64,000 nt of DNA, taken from NCBI GenBank assembly GCA_910586985.1, contig CAJUKK010000012.1, positions 5,377 to 69,376 on the forward strand. The letters are read 5' to 3'. The notes beneath the pieces were generated by a model. That model did no database searches, was not told where the DNA came from, and saw nothing but the letters and a program-made list of their open reading frames with translations. Source of the stretch: an uncultured Christensenellaceae bacterium. GTDB lineage: Bacteria > Bacillota > Clostridia > Christensenellales > Borkfalkiaceae. Position numbers and translations under genes: made by a program. Below, piece by piece: positions 22,734 through 31,280 of this stretch; position 1 is the stretch's first letter; every line of letters begins with the position of its first letter.

Positions 22734-24365
22734 TCATTCCGCAAGCAGTTTTAATACTTCGCTCTCCAACACATCGTACGTGACCGAACCCTGACGGGTA
22801 AAGGATATCACGCCCTCTTCGTCGACAATCAGCGTGATCGGCCAGGTATCTCTGCCGCCGAGCTGTTTAAAGGTATGCGGAACGTCGTTTTCGATCGTGT
22901 CCTGCGCGAACAGCATATTGTAGCCGCTCCACTTGTTTTCGATAAACGGCGCGACGGGCTCGTACGAAACGCCCTGAATCGCAATCACGACCACGTTATC
23001 CGCAAAATTATTCTGCAACGTTTCGAAGTGCGGAATCTCGGCAACGCACGGCGTGCACCAGGTCGCCCAGAAGTTGACGACGACGATCTTTCCCCTATGA
23101 TCGGAGAGCGTAAATTCTTCCTCTTCGTCCGGATAGAGTTTTACGGTAAAATCGTAGCACGTATCGCCGACCTCACTCGTAATCCGATCCGCTTCCTTAT
23201 CGATAAAGTTATAATAGACGAGCGCGGAAACGAGCAATGCGAGCGCGCACACCCACGCGACAACTTGCGCCCAGAACGCGCGCGTCTTTTTGGGTTTTGC
23301 GGGTCTTGCAGCGACGCCGTCCGGATCGGGCGTTTCGCTCTTTGCAATTACGATCTCTTCCGTAACCGCCGCATCGACGGAGACGGGAGCCACTGTAACC
23401 TGCGCCGGCGTAGCCGCGTCCTCTGCGCCCGCGAAGAACGCGCCGAGCGGTTTTTCTTCGGACGGGGGCGAAATTTCCGCATTGGGGTGGACGAAAAACT
23501 TCGAACCCTTCCAGCTGATCGCATGCGCGGGGCACACGGCGATACATTCGCCGCAGTGAATGCACTCGTGATCGCCCACGCGTTTGATATCCATTTTACA
23601 GTGCTGAATGCACAGACCGCAGTCGGTACATTTATTTTTATCGAGTTTTACGCCGAGCAGGGCGATCCTGCTGAATAAGCCGTACAGCGCGCCGAGCGGG
23701 CAGAGGAAACGGCAGAATACGCGGTAGATGAATACGCTTGCAACGCTCAACACGCATAAAACCGCAAATTTCCAAGTAAAGAGCGGGCCGAGCATGGCGT
23801 AAAGGTCGGCATTGTGCGGGTTGACCAAAAGTCCGATCGCGCCCTCGAACGTACCCGCGGGGCAGATGTATTTGCAGAACGCGGGCACTGGGAACTTGAC
23901 GATCGAATACATAATCGGTATCACGGCGACGAGTCCGACCAAAAGCACGTATTTGAAATAGGATAAAATGCGCGTATATTTGCTCTTTTTGAGTTTGGGG
24001 GATTTGATCTTGTAGAGGAGTTCCTGACCGAGCCCTACAGGGCACAGAAATCCGCAGACCGTTCTGCCGAGAATGAGTCCGAACAGCATGATAATGCCGA
24101 GCACGTAAAACGGAGCGCGCGTACCCGATGCCGCAAGCGCGTTCTGAAGAGCGCCCAGGGGGCACGCCCCAACCGCGCCGGGGCAGGAATAGCAGTTGAG
24201 TCCCGGCAGGCACATGTTTTTTGTTCCGCCCTTATAAATACTGCCGTTGATAAATCCCTTAATGTTCGCGTTGTACAGCAAAGCGGCGTAGAGCTGAATC
24301 AGCCTGCGCTTGCTCGGCTTATGCCGTTTCCACCAATTTTTTACTTTGCCGAAAAACTTTTTCAT
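22734..24365 (-). CDS. Membrane polyferredoxin (NapH-like) fused through a TM helix to a TlpA/ResA-like thioredoxin domain
   Basis: CYSCPGAVGACPLG and CGFLCPVG membrane motifs. Two 4Fe-4S motifs CTDCGLCIQHC and CIHCGECIAVCP. A/P/E-rich linker, then a TM helix, then VVNFWATWCTPCVAEIP. Confidence 0.8.
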   Translation of the reverse strand: MKKFFGKVKNWWKRHKPSKRRLIQLYAALLYNANIKGFINGSIYKGGTKNMCLPGLNCYSCPGAVGACPLGALQNALAASGTRAPFYVLGIIMLFGLILGRTVCGFLCPVGLGQELLYKIKSPKLKKSKYTRILSYFKYVLLVGLVAVIPIMYSIVKFPVPAFCKYICPAGTFEGAIGLLVNPHNADLYAMLGPLFTWKFAVLCVLSVASVFIYRVFCRFLCPLGALYGLFSRIALLGVKLDKNKCTDCGLCIQHCKMDIKRVGDHECIHCGECIAVCPAHAISWKGSKFFVHPNAEISPPSEEKPLGAFFAGAEDAATPAQVTVAPVSVDAAVTEEIVIAKSETPDPDGVAARPAKPKKTRAFWAQVVAWVCALALLVSALVYYNFIDKEADRITSEVGDTCYDFTVKLYPDEEEEFTLSDHRGKIVVVNFWATWCTPCVAEIPHFETLQNNFADNVVVIAIQGVSYEPVAPFIENKWSGYNMLFAQDTIENDVPHTFKQLGGRDTWPITLIVDEEGVISFTRQGSVTYDVLESEVLKLLAE

Positions 24366-24368
24366 GCG

Positions 24369-25214
24369 TTAGCCCAACCCGATACATTCGGTGCAGATAT
24401 TCACCGCTTTAATAAACACGTCACCCATGCCGCCGTTCCAGATACCTACGCCGATAAACACGATTGCAACCGCGCCGACGATAATGCGCGTTACGAGCCG
24501 CGCGCGCTCGGTAGAGAGCGCACGAACGGTTTTTTGCACCAGTCCTTTAAACCCGCTCAATTGCTCTGCCGCAGGAACAGATTTTACGCCGCCGCCCGTC
24601 TCTTTGATAATATTCTTTGCCGTTTGCAGTTCGCGCTTTATGCTCACGCCCTCGTAAACCGCCACGCAAACAACGACGACGAACGCCGCCGCGATCCACG
24701 GCATCACATGGCGGAGCATTGCCAGTATCTCCGCATTGAGATTGTGCGAAGGGAAATGCGACGCGTCGAACAGATAGACCGCGCTCATTATCGCAGCGAG
24801 AAGGCAGAAAGCCGCCGCGCCGAGACGCGCATACGCGCGGATCTTTTTCGCCCGATCGAGTTGGGATTTCCGATCGGCGGGAACGCGAACCAAAAGCCGC
24901 GAAAGCGTTTTACAATCGTTTTTATAGGGCGGAAGTTTTTGCTTTTCCACGGGAAAAACCGCGGGAAGAATCGCGCCGACGATCACGAACGCCACCCACA
25001 GCCAAACGGGCACGGCGATCCGAGTGAGCGCTCTGCCCACGATCTCGCGGCTGTAAATATCGCCCGCGTGATCGGGAGAAATTCCGTCGTAATAAATCGT
25101 TGCCGCCTGCACGATGAATAAAATTCCGACGACGACTGTAAACACGCCCAAAAAGACGGAATACCAAAAATTGATCGCCTTGGAACGGCACTGCAAATCT
25201 TTTAAATTCGGCAT
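24369..25214 (-). CDS. Multi-pass membrane protein ending in a CxxC motif
   Basis: ORF trimmed to Met18 (MPNLKDL), which is preceded by AAAGGAGGG, because the TTGACT-17-TATAAT promoter (25269-25297) overlaps the longer ORF. C-terminus NICTECIGLG. Stop is 4 nt before the polyferredoxin ATG. Confidence 0.65.
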   Translation of the reverse strand: MPNLKDLQCRSKAINFWYSVFLGVFTVVVGILFIVQAATIYYDGISPDHAGDIYSREIVGRALTRIAVPVWLWVAFVIVGAILPAVFPVEKQKLPPYKNDCKTLSRLLVRVPADRKSQLDRAKKIRAYARLGAAAFCLLAAIMSAVYLFDASHFPSHNLNAEILAMLRHVMPWIAAAFVVVVCVAVYEGVSIKRELQTAKNIIKETGGGVKSVPAAEQLSGFKGLVQKTVRALSTERARLVTRIIVGAVAIVFIGVGIWNGGMGDVFIKAVNICTECIGLG

Positions 25215-25345
25215 GGTTTCCCTCCTTTCCGCGCGATACGCAATATTCCGCAGAGATAATTTCACCTTATTATATCCGCGCGTCAGAAAAAAGTCAAGTA
25301 CTTTGTGTATGGGAAATTATGTACTTCTTTTCAAAGCGTACCGCG

Positions 25346-25376
25346 TTTAAAAAAACCAGCGGCGCACCGCTGGTTT
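25346..25376 (-). terminator. Intrinsic terminator
   Basis: AACCAGCGG-loop-CCGCTGGTT with a U-run on the minus strand. Confidence 0.6.
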
Positions 25377-25412
25377 AACATCATAATTAAACTGATTACC
25401 GAAACCGACCCT

Positions 25413-25889
25413 TTAAGGTATTTTATCAAACGTAAATTCGCCGTTTACGGAAAACAAATTTTTCTTAAAGTAGCGGTACAGCCACTCGTAATTCACGGGA
25501 ATGCGTTCCCGATAGTAGCAGGTTGCAAAGCAATCTTCCCCCGAATAAAAATTAATATACAAGGGGCTGATGCTGCCGTTTTTCGGATATTTTCCGAACG
25601 CAAGCCGTAATGCGGCGTTTGGGTCGTAGCGCGGCTGAGAAGAGGAAACAAACTCCAGATGAATCAGGCTCGGAGTGTTTCCGGGCAACACTTCTCCGTT
25701 TAAATAGCAATCGCCATACGTCCCGTACTCCATATCGGTTATCGTAATCGCCTCCCGAACAAACAGCTCGTCTTTCGCCGTACGATACAGTGAAAACTCC
25801 CGATTATCCGCTTTGAATCCCCATCCGTCGGCTTTATAGTACGGATTTAAAATACAACACTCCTGTGTTTTCCCCAAGCTCGGAATCAT
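25413..25889 (-). CDS. Hypothetical protein (possibly the C-terminal part of a frameshifted lipoprotein)
   Basis: 158-aa ORF overlapping the upstream ORF by 56 nt in another frame. No recognisable motif. Confidence 0.45.
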   Translation of the reverse strand: MIPSLGKTQECCILNPYYKADGWGFKADNREFSLYRTAKDELFVREAITITDMEYGTYGDCYLNGEVLPGNTPSLIHLEFVSSSQPRYDPNAALRLAFGKYPKNGSISPLYINFYSGEDCFATCYYRERIPVNYEWLYRYFKKNLFSVNGEFTFDKIP

Positions 25890-26181
25890 ATTGATTGGAA
25901 TATCTTATCACGCACTGCTCGTCAACGCTTTCGCCGTAATCAAAAACAGGCTCTTCCGCGGTAAACTCGATTCCTGCATGCGTCCATCTCGGCGGACGCT
26001 CCTCTGCAATCTGCCACCCCGTCCACTCGGTCTTATCGCTCGGTTCCTCTCCGTGAATACTGCCCGACGGATCGTTACCTGCAGACGGAGGTTCGGCGGG
26101 GTTTTGCTCCACGTCGCATCCCGCGCATACGAACAGCAATCCCGTTAAAACGGCTAGCATGATACATGTTATTTTCTTCAT
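25834..26181 (-). CDS. Putative lipoprotein
   Basis: ORF trimmed to Met57 (MKKITCIMLAVLTGLLFVCAGC, a lipobox), preceded by GGAGAT. Confidence 0.6.
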   Translation of the reverse strand: MKKITCIMLAVLTGLLFVCAGCDVEQNPAEPPSAGNDPSGSIHGEEPSDKTEWTGWQIAEERPPRWTHAGIEFTAEEPVFDYGESVDEQCVIRYSNQYDSELGENTGVLYFKSVL

Positions 26182-26234
26182 AATATCTCCTCTGCATCGG
26201 TTATCGCAATACTTTCCTGAATGAACAGCTTCTG

Positions 26235-26831
26235 TCAATAAACCCACATCCAAAGCATGGGAATAAAAGTCGGAACAATAATCAAAAGAGCTATCCCGAT
26301 CAAAACGAAAAATATGATCCGCATAATCAATATAGTCTTTGCGCTCCAATCTCTTTTAATGAACATTAAGACTCCAAAAAGCACACTACTGCTTATCTCT
26401 GAGATCAGGGCAAACGACATACAGATTTCATTATACCATTTTCCTGCCCAGTATCCTCCGCTCCCCTCCGCAATGGAAAGACAAGAAATCATACTTCCCG
26501 CAAGCACTGCGCAAACAATAGCAAACATGCAAATTACCCGCAATTGGGAAACCGCATCTCCGTGCGTTCCCAAATTTATAATGATAAAAACCAGTGCGGG
26601 AATACATAACACCCAAAGCGCCGTGCTAAGTATTAATAAAACGATACCAAGCGTTATATCCGACAATCGCGACTCATCAAACCGATCATGATTTATTGCA
26701 GAACTCCAACTTTTGTAACCGCTGATTTGCGGCGAAACCGATAACCCAAAAAAGATAACGGCAAAACAGATTAGAACGATACATACACTTATCGAAATAC
26801 GCAACCCTGCCTTTCCCTTCATAATCTCCAT
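26235..26831 (-). CDS. Hypothetical multi-pass membrane protein
   Basis: 198 aa with 5-6 hydrophobic segments. Starts 5 nt after the upstream stop. Confidence 0.55.
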   Translation of the reverse strand: MEIMKGKAGLRISISVCIVLICFAVIFFGLSVSPQISGYKSWSSAINHDRFDESRLSDITLGIVLLILSTALWVLCIPALVFIIINLGTHGDAVSQLRVICMFAIVCAVLAGSMISCLSIAEGSGGYWAGKWYNEICMSFALISEISSSVLFGVLMFIKRDWSAKTILIMRIIFFVLIGIALLIIVPTFIPMLWMWVY

Positions 26832-26836
26832 CTCTC

Positions 26837-27421
26837 TTACATAGATACCTTAATTCCATAAACTGCAATCGTCTCGCTGTCCGCAATATTAAAATAACGC
26901 ATCTGTCCCCATCCGTCTAAAATCTTATAAAAATTAATGTTGTATTTGTTTATGGTAGTATTGTTTATAATATTTGTTAAATAGTAATAACCGTACCCAA
27001 TAGTAACGAAACAATGCGTTTGGCTTAATCCTTCATAATAACTGTATTCGATTTTCAAAATTTGTGGATCTCTTCCTGTTTGAGGTAAGCTTACATCTTC
27101 AAGATATTTCGAGTTTCCACTTGTAAAATAATAATTTTTAGCAGTTACAAAAAAAGGAACATTCTTTTTTAACCATCCAATTGAATTTTCATAAGTTGAA
27201 TCACTTAAATTAATAATATCGCAATTATGCCCCCAATCGGTTACAAATTTTTTAAATCCCTCTGCACAATTTTTGGGAGTTGTACCGAACGTACCTGTTT
27301 TCATATAAGTATAAAAAGCTTTTTCATAATTAGTTGCCGCCTCATCCGTAAAATACCCTTGATAGTCTAAATTCCTTTCATTCACAATACCGTTGTTGTT
27401 TACTTTGTTCCAAAAATTCAA
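26837..27421 (-). CDS. Hypothetical protein with a papain-fold-like His...DGWG motif (possible cysteine peptidase)
   Basis: 194 aa with a TTG start as listed. THCFVTIGYGYY...ILDGWGQ resembles the His and Asn/Asp region of C10/C39-like peptidases. Candidate nucleophile at PKNCAEG. No signal peptide. A better SD plus ATG lies at 27453 in another frame. Confidence 0.4.
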   Translation of the reverse strand: MNFWNKVNNNGIVNERNLDYQGYFTDEAATNYEKAFYTYMKTGTFGTTPKNCAEGFKKFVTDWGHNCDIINLSDSTYENSIGWLKKNVPFFVTAKNYYFTSGNSKYLEDVSLPQTGRDPQILKIEYSYYEGLSQTHCFVTIGYGYYYLTNIINNTTINKYNINFYKILDGWGQMRYFNIADSETIAVYGIKVSM

Positions 27422-27565
27422 AAATGTAACTTACCATTCATAACTTCCCTCATAACTCCCCTCTTTTTTGAAAATATTTGTAAGAATATTGTAACGAATT
27501 ATTACGATATTGTCAATATGTTTCCCGAAACTCTTATCATCCTTTTCATAAACGACTCATGAAGC

Positions 27566-27594
27566 TTGACATTCCATAACAACCGTCGTATAAT
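27566..27594 (+). promoter_or_regulatory. Consensus sigma-A promoter
   Basis: TTGACA, a 17-nt spacer, then TATAAT, 30 nt upstream of the ATG at 27624. Confidence 0.6.
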
Positions 27595-27623
27595 AATTTT
27601 ATCAAAATCACAGGAAAAACGTT

Positions 27624-28898
27624 ATGGATAAAAAATTATACGATCTTTGCGTAAGGGTTTTAAACGAAGAGCTTTTACCTGCCATGGGCTGTACCGAACC
27701 GATCGCCGTAGCTTACTGCGCCGCGCTCGCGCGCGATACGCTCGGCGCGAAACCCGACCGCGCGGAGATCTTCGTCAGCGGAAACATTTTAAAAAACGTA
27801 AAGAGCGTCATCGTGCCCAATACGGGCGGACTCAAAGGCGTTATTTCCGCCGCCGCGGCGGGCATCGTCGCGGGAGTGAGCGAAAAAAAGCTCGAATGCC
27901 TCTCCTCCGTCACGGGCGCGCAACGGGAAGAGATTTCCGTATACAAAACGCAAGCCGCGTTCAGCGTGGAAAAATCGCGTTCGGACAGCGTATTCGATAT
28001 TGCGATCCGCGTATACCATAACGAAAATTCGGCGTACGTCCGCATCGCCGAACGTCACACCAACGTCGTTAAAGTGACGAAAAACGGCAATACCCTCCTC
28101 GACAAGGAGTGCGAATGTCAAAGCAACACGGACGAATGCACGAGGGACGACCTTACCGTCAAAAAAATATACGACTTTGTTTCGCATGCCGATCTGAGCG
28201 AAATAACCCCGCTTCTGGAACGGCAGATTGCATATAACAGCGCGATTGCCGAAGAGGGACTGAAAAACGATTACGGCGCGCGCGTCGGAAAAGTACTCTT
28301 AAAATCGTTCGGAAACGACGTGCACAACCGCGCAAGGGCGACCGCGTCGGCGGGTTCGGACGCGCGTATGAACGGATGCGAACTGCCCGTCGTTATCGTA
28401 TCCGGAAGCGGCAACCAAGGCATCACCGCCTCCGTTCCCCTCGTCGTCTACGCAAAAGAATTAAACGCTCCGCACGAAAAACTTTTGCGCGCGCTCGCTC
28501 TTTCCGATCTCATTACAATTCATTTAAAAACGGGAATCGGCAGGCTTTCTGCCTATTGCGGCGCCGTGAGCGCGGGTTGCGGCGCAGGCGCGGGAATTTG
28601 TTACTTAAACGGCGGCGGGCTCGACGATATCTGTCATACGCTCGTCAATGCGCTTGCCATCGATTCGGGCATCGTATGCGACGGCGCGAAGTCGAGCTGC
28701 GCCGCTAAAATTGCCTCCGCAGTCGAGGCGGGACTTATCGGCATGGAGATGTACGCAAGCGGAAGCGAATTTTACGGAGGAGACGGAATTCTTGCGGCGG
28801 ACGTCGAAGACACGATCAAAAACGTAGGCGATCTTGCGCGGCTTGGCATGAAATCTACCGATGAAGAGATCATAAGACTGATGATCAAAACCGTATAA
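27624..28898 (+). CDS. UPF0597 / L-cysteine desulfidase family protein (serine dehydratase alpha-like)
   Basis: 424 aa. N-terminal LLPAMGCTEPIAVAYCAA and internal SGSGNQGI motifs typical of the YhaM/CdsB-like family. Confidence 0.8.
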   Translation: MDKKLYDLCVRVLNEELLPAMGCTEPIAVAYCAALARDTLGAKPDRAEIFVSGNILKNVKSVIVPNTGGLKGVISAAAAGIVAGVSEKKLECLSSVTGAQREEISVYKTQAAFSVEKSRSDSVFDIAIRVYHNENSAYVRIAERHTNVVKVTKNGNTLLDKECECQSNTDECTRDDLTVKKIYDFVSHADLSEITPLLERQIAYNSAIAEEGLKNDYGARVGKVLLKSFGNDVHNRARATASAGSDARMNGCELPVVIVSGSGNQGITASVPLVVYAKELNAPHEKLLRALALSDLITIHLKTGIGRLSAYCGAVSAGCGAGAGICYLNGGGLDDICHTLVNALAIDSGIVCDGAKSSCAAKIASAVEAGLIGMEMYASGSEFYGGDGILAADVEDTIKNVGDLARLGMKSTDEEIIRLMIKTV

Positions 28899-28904
28899 AA
28901 AGAC

Positions 28905-28950
28905 GCAAAAAAACACGGAGGCGATTTCCGCTTCCGTGTTTTCATTTTTT
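28905..28950. terminator. Bidirectional terminator between convergent genes
   Basis: AACACGGA-loop-TCCGTGTT with an A-run upstream and a T-run downstream. Confidence 0.6.
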
Positions 28951-28953
28951 AAT

Positions 28954-30318
28954 TTAAGAATATACCGTAAATTTGCTATCCTCGTCAAACGTAAGTTCCA
29001 CCGAAACGGGAACATCCTCTCTTAAAACGACGATAGTCACCGTATCGCCCTTGCGCACGTTAAATAGTTCAGTACTCGGAATATGCATGCGCGTAATGAT
29101 CTTTTCCTTTCCGTCTCCGACTTTGATGGAATATAAAACGTCGCCCGTCTTTAATTTTTCCTCGGAAACGCTCCCCTTCGTGACAGAATCGACGATAAGC
29201 GTTTCCATGATATATGTTCTGCAGGTATCCTCATTATAAACGCATTTACTGCTCTGAATCTTCATGGTAATACCCAACGTTGCGCGCGCCGCGCCCAAAG
29301 ACTGATTGACCGCAGAATTGTCGATAACGTTCTGCACGATTGCAACCGCAAGATTGGAAGGAATCGCATATCCCATACCTTCCACGCCGTCTTCCTCGCG
29401 CTTGGCGTTCACGATACCGATGAGTTTACCGTCCGCATTGAACAGCCCGCCGCCCGAATTGCCGTGATTGACAGTCGCATCCGTACGGATTTCAAGAAGA
29501 GACAACGTGCGCGTTTCGTCGGCGGATTTAATATCGATATACTCCTTATCCACCGAGACGACTCCGGAGGAAACGGATATACCGTCGCCCTTCGCATTGC
29601 CGATCGCGTAAACCCGTTCGCCCACCGCGATTGCATCCGAATCCATGGCGGATGCCGCCGTTGCCGCGCTGTTTTTTAACACCTCGCTGCTTTCGACCTT
29701 TAATACGGCGAGATCGTAATCCATCGCACCGCCGACGTATGTTGCCTCAATCATGCCGCTCGCCGTTTCGCCGCCGTACAGATAGATCATCGGCGATTGG
29801 CAAAGTTTCTCTTCAACGCCCGAATCGGAGCTGTACACTACGTGATAGTTGGTTATAATATAGGCGTTTCCCGCCGCTCTATCGAGAGAGTAGATAACGC
29901 CGGAACCGGCGCTCGTGACCGTTTTTTCCTGTTTTTGAACGGTTCCGAAAAAATCGGTTCGGATATACTCGATTTTCTTGAACGGGCACAAGACGCTCAC
30001 AACGGAGGTGAGCGCCGAATTTACCTGCGCGCTGTCGTCCCCCGAAAGTCCGATGTTCAATTCCTTTAAAAAATCGACAAAACTCCCCTGATAACCGTCC
30101 GCCTTTGCCTCGTCGAAAAGCTTTCTTATTTCCGTGCTCGACCCCGTACCGCCCGCAAGAAACTCTTCTTGCGTCCCGTCGTATCCGAGACTACCCGCTA
30201 TCTCGTAAGGATTTTTTGCATTGCCCGAAGTTCCGCCGTCGAAACAACCGCCGAGCGACAGCGCAAACAGACCGGCAAGCGCGGCGCAGGCAATGGAAAT
30301 ATACGCGCGTTTTTTCAT
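28954..30318 (-). CDS. Trypsin-like serine protease (HtrA/S1C-like) lipoprotein
   Basis: Lipobox LSLGGC. Catalytic triad contexts TNYHVV, DLAVLKV and GNSGGGLF. C-terminal PDZ-like region. Confidence 0.8.
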   Translation of the reverse strand: MKKRAYISIACAALAGLFALSLGGCFDGGTSGNAKNPYEIAGSLGYDGTQEEFLAGGTGSSTEIRKLFDEAKADGYQGSFVDFLKELNIGLSGDDSAQVNSALTSVVSVLCPFKKIEYIRTDFFGTVQKQEKTVTSAGSGVIYSLDRAAGNAYIITNYHVVYSSDSGVEEKLCQSPMIYLYGGETASGMIEATYVGGAMDYDLAVLKVESSEVLKNSAATAASAMDSDAIAVGERVYAIGNAKGDGISVSSGVVSVDKEYIDIKSADETRTLSLLEIRTDATVNHGNSGGGLFNADGKLIGIVNAKREEDGVEGMGYAIPSNLAVAIVQNVIDNSAVNQSLGAARATLGITMKIQSSKCVYNEDTCRTYIMETLIVDSVTKGSVSEEKLKTGDVLYSIKVGDGKEKIITRMHIPSTELFNVRKGDTVTIVVLREDVPVSVELTFDEDSKFTVYS

Positions 30319-30464
30319 TTAGACACCTCATACTACCAGATTAACTACTATTATAATCCGCAGTCTGTTTAACAGTTTACGGCAGCGTGAAAATCCGGTG
30401 AATTTTATTGCGGTATCATTATACCACTTTTCCAAAGCGTTTACAACGCGTTTGCGCTTTTTTA

Positions 30465-30500
30465 TCAAAAAAAGCTCCTGAATAGGAATGTTCAGGAGCT
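30465..30500 (-). terminator. Intrinsic terminator
   Basis: GCTCCTGAA-loop-TTCAGGAGC with a U-run on the minus strand. Confidence 0.6.
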
Positions 30501-30552
30501 TTTCGCAATCGCGCAAAAAATTTTAGCTCGAAACACATTTGAGTTTCAACCG

Positions 30553-31221
30553 TTAAAGCTGATACTTTGCCGTCAGCTTTAATACCGACGCCAGACAATC
30601 GTTGAGAGAACGCATATCGTTTTCGCTCAACGGACGGTCGCGGAATGCGTCGATTGTCCGTGCGAGCGTATCCGCCTCCAAACGATCTCCGGCAGCAAGT
30701 TTCATCGAAAGCAATTTATCCACGAGATCGGTCGCATGCTTTAAGCGAAGATTTCCATCATCCACGGGACGCGTCTCGGCATCCTCGAAACAGCATACCT
30801 TGGGCGGATAACCTTTGGGCGTCGCGCATTCCTGCGGCGCGTCGAGTTCGAGATGAAACTTTTCGTACATTTTATCCGTTTTCGTCTTTTTCGCGCGGCG
30901 TTTGGGTAATTTGATACTCAACAAAAAACGCAAAAGCGCAGCCTCGACAACGTACAGCGAAATACAGATAACCGCGCTGCGTACGTCCCCTTCGCACGCC
31001 GTAAAAAACAGTACGCCCGCGCCGAGCAGCAACGCAACGGTGGGATAGAGCTTTTTTCCTTTGACGAGCAACAGTAAAAACGTACAAAATATCAGCAGTA
31101 CGGGGCACAGCAGATAGGACACTGCATCCGGCATGCGCGCAACGCCGTCCGCTATTTTTAAAATAAATTCCATAGATAACACAACCTTTTGCCACAGCGT
31201 AGCACGTTTATATACAATCAT
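30553..31221 (-). CDS. Hypothetical membrane protein
   Basis: Three or four N-terminal TM segments, then a charged helical C-terminal region. Start is uncertain (Met1 at 31221 or Met17 at 31173). Confidence 0.5.
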   Translation of the reverse strand: MIVYKRATLWQKVVLSMEFILKIADGVARMPDAVSYLLCPVLLIFCTFLLLLVKGKKLYPTVALLLGAGVLFFTACEGDVRSAVICISLYVVEAALLRFLLSIKLPKRRAKKTKTDKMYEKFHLELDAPQECATPKGYPPKVCCFEDAETRPVDDGNLRLKHATDLVDKLLSMKLAAGDRLEADTLARTIDAFRDRPLSENDMRSLNDCLASVLKLTAKYQL

Positions 31222-31280
31222 AACCCGCGATAACGGCGGGAAACAATCAACTTTTGCCGAAATTTTTCTTTTTTCGTCGG

